A stretch of 64,000 nt of DNA, taken from the NCBI GenBank assembly GCA_964016885.1, contig OZ024746.1, positions 26,164,001 through 26,228,000 on the forward strand, in the 5' to 3' direction. The DNA is from Eledone cirrhosa. Lineage: Eukaryota. The stretch's first letter is position 1. The number at the start of each line of letters is the position of its first letter. Shown in pieces: positions 13,015 to 27,089 of this stretch. The translations under genes were made by a program, and so were the position numbers. Under the pieces are notes generated by a model. The model was not told where the DNA came from and did no database searches. It saw only the letters and a list, made by a program, of their open reading frames with translations.

Positions 13015-13185
13015 ACATTGGCAGTATCAGTAGAGTGTCAGACGCCATGCGTTTTAGCATAGTTACGTCCCTTTACGGTCTGAGTTCAAATTCCACTTTG
13101 CCTTTCATCCTTACCGGGTCGATAAAATAAAGTACCAGTAATGTACTGGGTAATTGCTGGCCTGGTGCCAAAAGTAGAAACAATT
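13015..13185 (+). mobile_element. tRNA-derived SINE
   Basis: Close match to 57555-57740 (TGGCAGTATCAGTAGAG...GAGTTCAAAT...AAGTAGAAACAATTA). Confidence 0.8.
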
Positions 13186-14456
13186 ATCAGTATGGAATCT
13201 ACATATCAGTATCAATGTGACATTTATATGTTATTATCAATGTGATATCTATATATTATTATCAATGTGACATCTATGTATTATTATCAGTGTGACATCT
13301 ACTTACATTATATTATCCAAATGGCATCTATATATAGTATATTATCAATATGACATCTATATATGAAACATTATCAATGTGATATACATATATTATTATT
13401 ATTTCTTTTAATACAATTCAAGCAACAGATAACCTTGGTTAATAACAATTCTCAGGAAAATTCTCATCTGTTTTCATCTTTTAGTATAGAAATAGTCTTC
13501 ATTCTTCTCTTCTTTCCGGTTAGTTTTTAGCTGATATTTTTAACCTACCACCCAAAAATATTTTCATCATATGAAGCACTAAATTCAATTGACTACTTTA
13601 CCTGATTAGCCACTAAGATATTTTAACATTTCTATTTTTTCTTCTTTTTTTGTGTCATTTGTTCCAGCCCTCTGTGCTCTGAGTTCAAATCCCACTGAGA
13701 CTAACTTTGCCTTTCATTCTTTCAAGGCTGATAAAATAAAGTAAATAAAGTAGTAGTCAAGGGTGGTGGATTGGGAAGAGCAAAAGATGTGATATCTTGT
13801 AGAATTTGTTTCAGTATTTCACATTCTGAGTTCAAATCATGATGCAGTCTTATTGAGTGGTAAACCTAATCTGTCACCCAGTTTAACACCACTATCTGAC
13901 CCTTAGCCAGAAACAGACTGCATCTTAAACTGGCTAGGTAACACTGGCTAACAGACTAATGACTGCTCAGGGCCAGAAGTGTGTTTTCATTGTCCAGCTA
14001 AGGTGATACTGACTAACAGTGTTGTGGGTCAAAGGTGTGTTTTCACTGCTTATCTAAGACAACACTAACAGACTTCTGACTGCTGAGGGTCAGAGGTTAT
14101 GTTTTCACTTCTTGGTTAAGGTGTGTTCTATTTTCGTTTTAATTTTGTGAAGTGGCTATGCCTTTGATTTGTTGTGACATTTTTTCAGCTATGTTTTTTT
14201 CTCTTTGCCTAGGCCTGTGGCCCACTGGACATTGACCAAATATCTGTATGGTCAGTCCACTGAAGCTCTTAGATTTACCTTTAGTGACTCCACTTTGTTG
14301 CAAGCATTTGGGCCAGGTCATGGCACTGCCCTTCTCTTCCTAACAGTAAAAAACTAGTCATGATGTAACCCAACCTCATTACCAACAAAACTACTGCCAT
14401 AAACATCAATAACAACACTGCCACCTCCCCACTATCAGCAGAGTCGTCGTCGTCAT

Positions 14457-14506
14457 CAAAATAATGATCAATATGTGACAGGTGTCACATATTGATCATT
14501 ATTTTG
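14457..14506. repeat. Perfect 24-bp-arm palindrome with 2-nt spacer
   Basis: CAAAATAATGATCAATATGTGACA-GG-TGTCACATATTGATCATTATTTTG. Confidence 0.95.
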
Positions 14507-16399
14507 TAACCAAACTACCTATGGTTCTATAATACAAAACTTTTATATTTATTTAAAAAATTTCCAACATAATTTTATGTAAGAATCTTTTTTAAGTTAT
14601 GTTCCAAACACCAGTTTAATAATGAGAAAATCATATTACTAAATACATTCAAATTCTTAATTATGTTCACAATTATTTCAAGATTATAGGCAATGTCTTT
14701 CATTAGAAATATGGTAATGTAAAGGTAAACTTTTCAAAATTAAATATAAAATTGTAAATATAAAATCCTGTTAAAAATGCTGGACATTTTTCCATGGAAT
14801 ATCTCTATGATTTAGGTTCTGAAAGATGTCATTATTCATGCTGTCATTGCTCACAGTAAAAAGAGGTTCTAATTTAAACTAGACAGGACATCCTGTGTCA
14901 ACGTCACCAAGATACATATATACATATAACTATTGATTACTGCAGCATGATAACGTTACTTGGGAACGGACACTTTCCTATAAAAATATTTACACTGTAT
15001 CACAAATTCTAACATGCATCACCACCATTATCATACTCATCACCACCACCACCACCATCATACTCATTATCAGCCCCTCCCCACCACTACCACCATCACA
15101 ACCATCATACTCCTCATCACCACCATCATCATCATCATCATCTTCATCTTTACTATCTTTATCATTATTTTACTTCTATTTACCATGCTGGCATGGGTTG
15201 GATGATTTGTCATGCTTCAAGGTTAGAGAGGCCAAGGGACCACATTTTTCTCATACATTCCATATTTTGGCTTGGTTTATAAAGTTGGATGCCTTTCCTA
15301 ATGCCAATTACTTTACAGAATGCATGAGGTGCATTTTAGTGTGGCACCAACACTTCCACTGTAGAGAATGTACTAGGTCCATTTTATTGAATAGACTGCG
15401 CCTGTAATTCAAAGGTTCAGTCTTGTCACATATTATCTCACACTGACTTGGTTGTGGAATACTCAGCCATCTACATGTACAGTTGATCAAACAACTGAAT
15501 GCTCACCATCAACAATTATGGAAGACCCATCCATATGTATATGGTTTTTTTTACTAAATTTCATGAATTCTATTACGTGACTGTAAAGTTTAATCACGTA
15601 GTGGTAAAACTACTTGACTCATGACTGTAATGTCACAAGTCTCGTTTTCAGTTGGTCAAAAAAATGGAACATTCAATGTCAGCACTAACAGAGGTTCAAT
15701 ACATTATGTGACTAGTCATGCCAGAGTCATCGTCATGACATACAGTGTATCTTGACTATTTTGGACCTGGTGAAGCCCATCCATCTTGAGGTGTAAACAC
15801 AGCTAATTTCTTCCAGAGAATGAAAGAGAGGGAGAGTAAGAAGGAGAAAGTGAGAGAGATATATAGAGGAAGAATTAATCCCAGTACTGGACTGATACTT
15901 TATTTATCAACCTTGAAAGAATGAAAAAGGTTAAGTTGATGAGAGGCAAAGTTAACCTCGGCAGGATTTGAAATCAGAATGTAGAGAGAGAGTACATCAT
16001 CATCATCATCATTTAATGTCCATCTTCCACGTTAGCATAGTAATGCAAAACATTTTATCTGGCAAGCTAACAACTGCTACTTTGTGGCCTTATATACAGT
16101 TTGTACACATAACTTATGAATTTGACACTATACTCAACATTCACACCTTTGTAACCATAGCAATCTCTATGGTAATAAAGTACTTTTTTCAATTTGTACC
16201 TGTTTTGATTATGGAGTTTGCTTAATTCATTTTTCTAACAAGATTCAAACCATTTATTGTGCTGATTGCTTTAAAGAAATACATTTCCTGAAAATCTAGT
16301 TAGCACATCATTGACATTGTCATTGGTAAACAATGATGTTTGTTTAATAATTATCAAACATCCCTTGTTGATTCCTTATAATTCGCTGACATTGATTTT

Positions 16400-17272
16400 T
16401 GAGGAATGACTACTACTCACAGCCAGATGTACCACACTGTGGACTTTGTTTAAGGAACTACTCTTCCTCACGGCTAGATGTGCCACACTCTGGGTTTTGT
16501 TTAAGGAACCACTCCTCCTCACAGCCAGATGTGCCACTGTGGGCTCTCTTGAGGAACCACTCTGCTTCCCAGCCAGATGTGCCACTGTGGGCTCTCTTGA
16601 GTAACAACTCTTCCTCACAGCCAGATGTGCAACACTGTGGGCTCTCATGAGGAACCACTCTTCTTCACAGCCAGATGTGCAACACTGTGGGCTCTCATGA
16701 GGAACCACTCTTCTTCACAGCCAGATGTGCGACACTGTGGGCTCTCATGAGGAACCACTCTTCTTCACAGCCAGATGTGCAACACTGTGGGCTCTCATGA
16801 GGAACCACTCTTCTTCACAGCCAGATGTGCAACACTGTGGGCTCTCATGAGGAACCACTCTTCTTCACAGCCAGATGTGCGACACTGTGGGCTCTCATGA
16901 GGAACCACTCTTCTTCACAGCCAGATGTGCAACACTGTGGGCTCTCATGAGGAACCACTCTTCTTCACAGCCAGATGTGCAACACTGTGGGCTCTCATGA
17001 GGAACCACTCTTCTTCACAGCCAGATGTGCGACACTGTGGGCTCTCATGAGGAACCACTCTTCTTCACAGCCAGATGTGCGACACTGTGGGCTCTCATGA
17101 GGAACCACTCTTCTTCACAGCCAGATGTGCGACACTGTGGGTTTTGTTTAAAGAACCACTCTTTCTCATGGCCAGATGTCACACACAGCTGTCTGTTGAG
17201 GAACCACTCTTCCTCATAGCCAGATGTGCTACATTGTGGGCTTTGTTTAAGGAAGTACTCCTCCTCACAGCC
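16400..17272. repeat. 50-bp minisatellite (~17 copies)
   Basis: Unit GGAACCACTCTTCTTCACAGCCAGATGTGC(A/G)ACACTGTGGGCTCTCATGA, with a homogeneous centre and diverged edges. Confidence 0.95.
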
Positions 17273-17607
17273 ATGACTATACACATATCATTTCTAATTT
17301 TCTAAACTTACTCCACATATCCCAAACTAACAATCCCAAGATATATCACCAACTTTAATTACAACAATGTTCATTTTAATACAGTTAGTTTGGCCTAGAA
17401 GGGTTTTATGTTGAAATAAATTATAAAAATGTAAAAAGAAGTATATTAAACATACATGAGTGGAAGGGTGTATAGTAATGATATATGAGTAGTAGGCTGC
17501 ATAAAGTGAAATATAATGGAGCTATAGTTTCATTTACTATTTTTGAAACATTTGCTGGGTAAATGTAATTTACACAAAAATATTATTATGAAGAGTTCAT
17601 CCCCTTC

Positions 17608-17638
<31 letters not shown>

Positions 17639-17769
17639 TCAATGTCACTCCCACATACAGGAAAAAAGCAGTGTAATGATGCAGGTCAGGATTAATAGTA
17701 GAAATATCAACTTCTGAAAGTAGTTGATAAAAACTTGGCAATGTTTGAAGATAGGATCAGTTTGAATAA

Positions 17770-18200
17770 TATGAAGTTTGGGTTTGTACTAGAATTGAAA
17801 CCTTAGCTACCATATTTCTAAAGAGAAAACTATAGCTCTACTTCATATTTGTTGGCCTGAAGAAGACTTTTGATAGGGTTCCATGCCTTGTAGTTTGGTG
17901 ATTGGTGAGGGAATTACAGAGATGAAAGGTTTGTGATAACTCCTCTTGTAGCTAGATGTAAGCAAAGTAAAGATTAGCAGCAATTCCAGTGAGGAATTCA
18001 GTATACAGTCATATATGCTTTTACTGCCAACCTCCTGCCATTCATTATAGATCTTAAAGTAATAACAGATCAAAATTGAATATTACTGCTGACATTTACA
18101 TGTTAAGCATCTCATTTAAATTGCAGACTATGAAGAAAACCTGCAAGAATACTTTCAAAGAGAGAAGAAATATCTAGAATTCCAAAGCCTAAATGTCTAC
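17770..18200 (+). pseudogene. Decayed non-LTR retrotransposon RT fragment (RTE-like)
   Basis: LYFIFVGLKKTFDRVP at 17836 resembles the RT motif FVDLEKAFDRVP; an FGFV motif lies upstream; many stops and frameshifts. Confidence 0.65.
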
Positions 18201-18905
18201 AGGATTAATGTTGAATATCAAATGTTGGCTGTGAGATGTTGATTGTGAAATACTGACTGTGAAATGTTGATTATCAAATGTTGACGGTGAAATGTTAACT
18301 GTGAATGTTAACTATGAAATGTTGACTATGAAATGATTGTAAAATGTTAACTATGAAATGATTGTAAAATGCTGATTGTGAAATGTTAATTATGAAATTT
18401 GATTAAAATGTTGACGAAATGTTAATTGTGAAATGTTGATACTGAAATATTGATTGTGAAATTTTGACTGTTATATTTTGGCTGTGAAATGTTGATTGTA
18501 AATTGTTGACTGTTAAATGGTAACTGTTAAATGGTAACTGTTAAATGGTAACTGAAATGATAACTGTTAAATGGTAACTGTTAAATGGTAACTGAAATGG
18601 TAACTGTTAAATGGTAACTGAAATGGTAACTGTTAAATGGTAACTGAAATGGTAACTGTTAAATGGTAACTGTTAAATGGTAACTGTTAAATGGTAACTG
18701 TTAAATGGTAACTGTTAAATGGTAACTGAAATGATAACTGTTAAATGGTAACTGTTAAATGGTAACTGAAATGGTAACTGTTAAATGGTAACTGAAATGG
18801 TAACTGTTAAATGGTAACTGAAATGGTAACTGTTAAATGGTAACTGTTAAATGGTAACTGAAATGGTAACTGTGAAATAGTAATTGTGAAATGGTAACTG
18901 TGAAG
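18200..18905. repeat. 12/14-bp minisatellite
   Basis: Diverged AAATGTTGACTGTG units grading into homogeneous TG(TT)AAATGGTAAC units. Confidence 0.9.
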
Positions 18906-19079
18906 GCTAAATGTGAAAAATATGTACAAATAAACTACATCCACAGGTGTAGGCCATGTTGTTAAGGAGCTTGCTTCGCAACCTAATAGTTTGGGGTTCA
19001 GTCCTATAGTGTGGCACCTTAGACATAGCTTCAGGTTGACCAATGCCTTATAAGTGAAATTACCGGGTGAGAATTGATG

Positions 19080-19390
19080 TGTTGGACCTCTATTAGTTCC
19101 AACCAGTGTTTCAGTTGTTTGATCAACATGAAATTAATGTGCAAGTGGCTGAGCATTCCACAGACGTGTACCCATTACATAATTTATTGAGCGATTTAGC
19201 ATAACAATGTGTGACAAAATTGGACCTCTGAATTACAGGTACAATTCATTTTTTTTTTTTCTAGTTGAGTAAACTAGAACTATGAAATAAAGTTTCTTGC
19301 TCAAGGATACAATGCACCACCAGAAACCAAACTCATGATCTTACAATCATGAGGTGAGCACCATAGACAATAACCACACAGCTTCACAGC
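19080..19390 (-). mobile_element. tRNA/CORE-like SINE with GAATTACAGG body
   Basis: Similar to 21525-21790, 32740-32985 and (opposite strand) 15395-15545 and 48178-48350. Confidence 0.7.
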
Positions 19391-20969
19391 TGGTAACAAT
19401 TCTAATATACAAAACTCCAATGACGGTCCAATATTTTACAACAGCAAATAAAAGATGATATAAATACAGGAGTAAAGTTGAAGTCAAGTATAGTATGTTT
19501 TTAACAAAGTACTTGAAAATTGAACTTAGCTCAGACACTCAGAAGAATGGATACCCATGTATGTATGTTTTGAATAAAGTACTGGAAATGTTGAACTTAG
19601 CAGGACTCCCAGTATTCCTTGCAGACCCCAGGTATCAGTGGAGCCCAAGTTGGTCACCACTAATGTATATATTCATGGATCCTTTTATTCATGGATGTAT
19701 TGGATGCAAATAAGTTTACTTGCAAGTAATTTTCTACTTGTAAGTAATTTTCTAAGTTAACAACAACAGTAAACTTGATAAAATTTACTGGTGTAATATA
19801 GCCCATGCTGAGAGCTTATGTCCTAGAAAAATACAATCTCTATAAAGTAGCATAGTTAAATCGAAGAATTGCGAGTTATCATTTGCCCTTCATAATTTTC
19901 TACCGCATTGTACCGGCTTTTTCAAACTTATCAGTCTTTTATTAGAGTCTCTATATTTCTGGTTTTATCTAAATATTTTTTATCTAACTTAAAGGTGCAG
20001 ACATTGCTGCATGGTTAAAGAATTTGCTTTCCAACCACATGGTTTCTGGCTCAGTCCCACTATGTGGAATCTTGGGCAAGTATCTTCAGCCATAGCTTTG
20101 GGTTGATGCCATAGCCTTGTGACTGAAATTTGGTAGATGGAAACTGCAGAAGCTTGACATGTAAGTCCATGTATATGGTTACATTTACATCTGTGTTTAT
20201 GCCCCATAACTAAATGGTTTGACAAAAAGAGATTAATAAAATATATACCAGAGAAAAGAGAATTAAGAGCTGGGATCGAAATTCTGACCAAATCTCTTCA
20301 ATAGTGCCTTCAGCATAATGACTGAAACCAGTAGAAGACTAAAAGACTTACTACGAGAGATTAATATACATTATAGAAGAAAAAAAATTCCATTTCTTAC
20401 TTGGTTTTTAGGGAGCCTAACGTAATGACCCGGCTTTCATCAGACGTTGCCTTACAGCAAATAAAGAATTTGGAAAGCTCCAGAAAAATAACAAGTAGAG
20501 AAAATAAAAATAAAAAACAGAAATGGTTTGTTGGAAGTGGAACACAGACAAATCCCTAAAGACTATCTTTGATGATGCAACAGTATTATTATTATTTTCC
20601 CAAGTTAATATGATGATGATGATGAAGATGATGAGCTTCACTGGTTTACAAATTTCCCACATCTTGTCTGAATTGTTCTGCTATTTTGCTTTCATCTTTT
20701 CTTTTACTGGATTCAGACATTGGACTGTGGCCATGCTGAAGCACTGCCTTGTAGGGATTTAGTATATCACAGTACTATATATATATATATAAATTCAAGT
20801 CTGGCATTTTCAAAGACACAAATATCAACATCCCCACCATCACCATCTGAAATACAACACTACGAAAATATTTTTAATCTATAAAGGACACAAAAACATA
20901 TAAATACTTTTAATGGGAAAATATGACCATTTATACTGCTGAGAAATAATATACAAACTGTATGTTGCA

Positions 20970-21138
20970 TTGTATGTGAGTGTGCATGTATGTCTGTGAA
21001 TGTGTGTGGGTGTCAGTGTCTGTGTGTATGTATCAGTGTGTGGGTGTCTGTGTGTGCATATATCAGTGTGTGGGTGTCAGTGGGTGTATTTATCTCTGAG
21101 TGGGTGTCTGTGAGTTTGTGTGTGTATGTATGTGTGTC

Positions 21139-21174
<36 letters not shown>

Positions 21175-21500
21175 TATGTGTGTGTCTATGTGTGTGTCTG
21201 TGTGTGTCTATGTGTGTGTCTATGTGTGTGTCTATGTGTGTGTGTGTCTGTGTGTGTGAATGTGTGTGAATGTGTGTGAATGTGTGTGTATGTGTCTGCA
21301 TGTGTGTGTGTCTATGTGTATGTGAATGTGTGTATGTGTGTGAGTATGTGTGTGTGTGTGTCTGAGTTTGAGTATGTGTGTATAAGTATGTGTCTGTATG
21401 TATGTGTGTGTGTGTGCGTGTATGTACGTACGAGTGTGTGCGAATGTATGTGTGAGTGTATGTGTGTTAATATATATCTTTATTTGTCTGTGTGTATGTT
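20970..21500. repeat. Compound (GT)n microsatellite
   Basis: Direct reading. Confidence 0.95.
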
Positions 21501-22959
21501 GGCTTTGACAATAAGTATTCCAGTTGTTTAATCAATGGCACAGCCTGTTCATGAAATTAACAGACAAGTACCTGAGTATTCCCTTGATATAGTTCTCAAG
21601 GAGATTCAGTATGACAGTGTGTGATAGAGCTGAACTTTTGAATTACAGGTACAATTCATTTCTTCCAGCTGAGTGGACTGGAGCTATGTGGAACAAAGTG
21701 TCTTGCTCAAGGACACAATATGTTGCTGTGAATAAAACTCACAACCTTACAGTCAACACCCTAACCACTAAGCCACACATCTTCACATAAAAAACTATGA
21801 AAATATAAAAAAAGATACAAAGGGTTATGAGGACTCTTCAAGCTGTATAAAAGACATAATCTTCCTAGTGCTGGTGCCACCATAAAATGTACTTGGAAAA
21901 ATTCAGTAATATGTGTAAGTGACATTCTGGTCCACAGACCATTTGAGCATTTGGTAGAGTGCATGAATGTTTATAAGTGAGATGCAAGTCCCCTAGCCCA
22001 CCTGAGAGTCAATAGCCCAGCTTGAGTACTGACTTGGTCTGTGACAACTTGTCCATTTTTGCTAGTAGGGGGAATGGATGTTAAATGATGATGGTGACGC
22101 AAGTAGTTGAAACATAACAGCAAAAAGAGATAAAAAATAATATATATATATACAATTAATAGTGGGGACAGATGACAATTTATGTCTGTAAATAAATATG
22201 GACAGGTAAGAACCTGAATAACTATGGTATATATACTAAAAAAAATAAACTATTATATACAAAAATAAAATATACATATATTCATTATAAAAATAGATTG
22301 AATTATGTAAAAGATGAGGAAGATATTTATTGAGGTCATTAAATGGTAGGAAAAGAAAGAAAGAAATTTGGTACACTCACCCAACCTTTAGAAATCACAG
22401 ACAATTTAATTAACTTTGCAGAACTTCCTTAAAAATAAATTGCTGGCCAGGGGTTATCTGCAAAAGAAATTAAGGTTCCTTTGTCAGGCAGTTCATTTAT
22501 TGGAATAGTAGAGAAACTAGAGTAAAAAAAATAATCTTTTTCTATATGTACATGTGACCCTTTGGAATCTAATTTGTTCCAGAAACTCATACATTATCAC
22601 AGAAGTCCATTACCACAACAACATCAATTAAAATAATAGCGGTGTATATGGAGGCATATACAATACGTTTATGTATAATAAACATATGTCTCACTCTGAA
22701 TGTTTTAAGTTGTGATCATGTCACAGCTATCCCAGTGGCTGTGTGAGTCTACAGAGGCATATATGATACACGGCTACATTGAATCATGCTATGTCAATCA
22801 ATTAAAATATGTATATTTAAGGACAGTTTATTTCAATACGTAAAGTCTACACCCAAAGCATCTCTTTAAAAATTAATAAAACACAAATTACAATATAAAT
22901 GACATTCAAAGAGTGTTTAAAGCATTTAATCACTTATGATTGTTTATATTGTATTTCGG

Positions 22960-23625
22960 CTGATGTCACAAAAGATTTATTTTAACCCAAACTTCACACT
23001 AAGAGTTTTCTCCTTCAAAGTAATGCCCCTGGAGTATGTAATTGTAATCTTAGCTCTCTGCAGCAATCAAACTTTTTTCTTCATAATTTTATATACATGT
23101 CCTCTGTTTCAGGTCGTCAAGCAATGAGGACAGAGCAACGAACAAACTTGAAAACTCCGTCAGAAGCACTGGGATTGCTGCAGCAAGTGTATGGAGATGA
23201 GACGATGTCACACTCACGTGTTTTTGAGTGGTGCAAGAGGTTTAAAGAAGGACGCGAGGACGTGGAAGATGACCCCAGGAGCGGAAGGCCCTCAACAACC
23301 AGGACTGAGGTCAACGTTGAGCGCGTCAGGCAGATGGTGCGTAGCGATTGTCGGCTGACCGGACAGCGTCTGGAAGATTCTCACTGAAGATTTGGACATG
23401 CAGAAAGTCTGCGCAAAGATGGTGCCAAAACTGCTGAACGATGACCAGAAGGGTCGACGCATGCAAGTGTGCCAGGACATCCTCGAACATCTTGAAACCG
23501 AACCAGACTTGCTAGGGACAGTCATCACCGGTGATGAGTCATGGATCTTCGAGTACGACCCGGAGGGGACCCGTTTTGAAGACGTGGACGACATCAAAAA
23601 GGCCGTGACAACGGAACTGCGAAGG
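22960..23625 (+). pseudogene. Decayed mariner transposase (internally deleted)
   Basis: HTH region LQQVYGDETMSHSRVFEWCKRFKEGREDVEDDPRSGRPST, then KVCAKMVPKLL (WVPHEL-type motif) and VITGDESWIFEYDPE (first catalytic D). The sequence then jumps directly to the C-terminal GTRFEDVDDIKKAVTTEL. Frameshifted, and most of the DDD domain is missing. Confidence 0.92.
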
Positions 23626-24024
23626 ATAGTGGCAGTTGTGGAGGATAGTGGCAACTGTGGAGGATAGTGGCAGCTGTGGCGGTGGTGGTGGGAAAGAAAA
23701 TGTAGATGATGATGATGATGATGATGATGATGTACTGGTGAAGATGATGGTGATGATATCGGTAGTGGTGAAGATGATGTTGATGACGATATCGATAGTG
23801 GTGAAGAGGATGATGTTGAAGATGATGATGATATCTGTAGCGGTGAAGATGAGGATGAAGATGTTGATCATCCAAATAACTCTCTCATGTTATTTATACA
23901 CAAGTGTATTGCCAACTTTAACTATACACAATCAATACAGAAACAATGAATGAATTATTGCTTACAGGGGATTAACACATTCAATAGTTTGGCTTTCTAT
24001 AGCGGTTAAATTATATACATACAC

Positions 24025-24073
<49 letters not shown>

Positions 24074-24722
24074 AGAGAGAGAGAGAGATATGACTATATA
24101 ATATACATGTGTGTGTGTGTAGAAAGGGGAAGATGGGGGGGGGGGGACATATATAAATATATATAATTCTATTTCAACTTAGGAAATCGGGGTGGAGGAG
24201 GGTGAATATTCAAATATTTAAACGAGAATCATTTTATAAAACAAAGACAACAATATCTTTGTTACTTCAAGAAACATTTCTAAAGCTTTTGAGAAATAAT
24301 TCTTAAAAAAGTGAAAAACTTAACAAAATAGAAAACAATCTTTTAACTAAATTAATATTTGAAAGATAATTCCTTCAATATATGTGAAGAATTTTTCTGA
24401 TTTCTTGAGCAGTTAATATTTTATTTCTGTTAGTACAATTTTGGTATTTCAAATGTTATATAAACTCTATTAGACATTGATACATAGTATTGCTTTGAGC
24501 AAGTGGGAAGGGGAGGGAGAGTGGGAAGGGGAAGGAGAAAGAATAGTGCTTGTGTATGCGTGTTTATATATATTATCCGTATGTTAGTGTGTATGTATAC
24601 ATACTTGTGTCTGTGTGTTTATGTGTATATATACGTGTGTGCATGTATGTGTATTTATGTACATGTATGTGTATATATATACGTGTGTGCATGTATGTGT
24701 ATTTATGTACATGTGTGTGTTT

Positions 24723-24771
<49 letters not shown>

Positions 24772-25689
24772 TGTATGTGTATGTGTGTGTCTATTAGTTT
24801 AAATTTCTTGTACTTTGTCATGAGTAACAGTGACAATACTTGTTAACCAAAGCTAGCACTGTACCACATGAAACCACATTAACAAGACATTCCTGAAAAG
24901 TGTAAAACAACACCTATGACTGCAGCACATTAGAATTCATCATCATCATCAATTAATGCTGTGAATGTTCACATCAATTTGTCTGATAGTAAAGATATAC
25001 ATTAAACATTTGAAATGACAATCCTGTTTTGAAATATTTTCTTTTGAAACAACATAGGATGTTAAGTGTTGGGTTGTTTGTTTTGGAATGTTTATATTTA
25101 TCTAAAAAGACTTAGGGGGGTTTAATCAATCCATTTGATCCTAGTATATGTCTGGTGCTTACTTTATCGATCCGTGTTGAAACCCTAAGTTATGAGACAT
25201 AAACAATGACATGGACATGGAGACACGCACATATCAAGGGAGTGTTGTATGCATGAAAAGAAGCAGAGTGAGTGTAGAGGAAGGTAAAAACCCCAGCTGC
25301 AATGCCTAGTGATTTCAGATTGTATTTGGCAAGCCTTTTCAAGGGTATACTGGTATAGACCCTTGACAGCTGGGTATCACAGTCACATTTTTACCTCTGT
25401 GTGTGTGGGGGGGGGGGGGGGTCTGTCTGAGTGCGCAACAGGCTTTTGCAGGTTTCATCTACTAAATTCCACTTACAATTTATTGGTCAACCAGAGGATA
25501 TAGCAGTAGACAGTTGTCTAAAGTGTCATGCAGTTGGACTGAACTTAAACCATGTAATTGTGAAGTGAAAACCTTAACCAACCAACAATGCTTCCACCTA
25601 TTTTATTTTACCTTTCTTGAAATTTCTGGTAGACTTACTTTTTATAAATTTTGTTACCTGAAATGTGTGTAACTCGAACTCTATACTGC

Positions 25690-26392
25690 ATTAGAGATAC
25701 TAGAAGTGTGTGTAACACAGTCTACATTGTATTAGTGTTACCAGAAGTATGTGTGTGTAGCACACTACACTGTGTTAATGTTACCAGAAGTGTATGTGTT
25801 ACACACTACACTGTATTAATGTTACCAGAGGTGTGTGTATGTGTAACACACTACACTATATTAATGTTACCAGAAGTGTGTATGTGTAACACACTACACT
25901 GTGCTAATGTTACCAGAAGTGTGTGTAAACACACACCACTGTGTTAATGTTACAAGAAGTGTGTGTAAACACACACCACTGTGTTAATGTTACAAGAAGT
26001 GTATGTGTTACACACTACACTGTGTTAATGTTACCAGAGGTGTGTGTATGTGTAACACACTACACTATATGTTACCAGAAGTGTGTGTGTGTGTAACACA
26101 CTACGTTGTGTTAATGTTACCAGAAGTGTATGTGTTACACACTACACTGTGTTAATGTTACCAGAGGTGTGTCTATGTGTAACACACTACACTATATTAA
26201 TGTTACCAGAAGTGTGTATGTGTAACACACTACACTGTGCTAATGTTACCAGAAGTGTGTGTGTAATACACTACACTGTGTTAATGTTACCAGAAGTGTA
26301 TGTGTTACACACTACACTGTGTTAATGTTACCAGAAGTGTGTGTGTAACACACTACACTGTGTTAATGTTACCAGAAGTGTGTGTGTAACAT
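25690..26392. repeat. ~40-45-bp minisatellite with variable (GT)n
   Basis: Unit GTGTTAATGTTACCAGAAGT(GT)nAACACACTACACT. Confidence 0.9.
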
Positions 26393-26514
26393 GAACTCAT
26401 TGATAGACAAACTCTGTAACATTTTTAATCTTTTCCTCATCATTAATAAATAAATCTTCTTCCTGATCTTCATTGTCTTTATCTTTTATAATCATCATTG
26501 ATTTGTTTGGCTGG

Positions 26515-27015
26515 CTTTTAGATGTAATATGTATTGTCTAGATAGCTTTCATATGTAATATGTAGTCTAGATAGCTTTTAAATGTAATACATATTGTCTA
26601 AATAGCTTTTAAATGTAATACATATTGTCTAAATAGCTTTTAAATGTAATAAATATTGTCTAAATAGCTTTTAAATGTAATAAGTAGTCTAGATAGCTTT
26701 TATATGTAATACATATTGTCTAAATAGCTTTTAAATGTAATAAATATTGTCTAAATAGCTTTTAAATGTAATAAGTAGTCTAGATAGCTTTTATATGTAA
26801 TACATATTGTCTAAATAGCTTTTAAATGTATTATATATTGTCCAAATAGCTTTCACATGTAATAAGTAGTCTAGATAGCTTTTATATGTAATACATATTG
26901 TCTAAATAGCTTTTAAATGTCATACATATTGTCTAAATAGCTTTTAAATGTAATACATATTGTCTAAATAGCTTTTATGTGCAACACATTATCTAGATAG
27001 CTTTTAAATACAATA
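26515..27015. repeat. 29/31-bp minisatellite
   Basis: Unit TGTCTA(A/G)ATAGCTTTTAAATGTAATACATAT. Confidence 0.9.
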
Positions 27016-27089
27016 CATATGTGTGTGCGTGTGTATCTTAGTGTGTGTGTGTGTGTAAGCGTGTGCATGTATATATCTTTAATTTGGTG

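Noticed and set aside
16400-17272. CRISPR array, RAG recombination signals (CACTGTG in most units), or coding repeat
   Set aside because: There are no unique spacers and no nonamer at 12 or 23 bp from the heptamer. The 50-bp unit places a TGA stop in every frame each 150 bp.
20401-20460. Minus-strand CTGATGAAAGCC...GGCT as a hammerhead or short exon
   Set aside because: No GAAA follows stem II and there is no stem I. The acceptor site for an exon is weak.
22381-22457. Minus-strand exon with good AG and GTGAGT signals
   Set aside because: Stops in all three frames. It cannot be supported as coding, and there is no evidence for a non-coding exon.
23097-23667. Domesticated (SETMAR-like) or active transposase
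   Set aside because: Frameshifted, internally deleted, and lacking the second and third catalytic aspartates.
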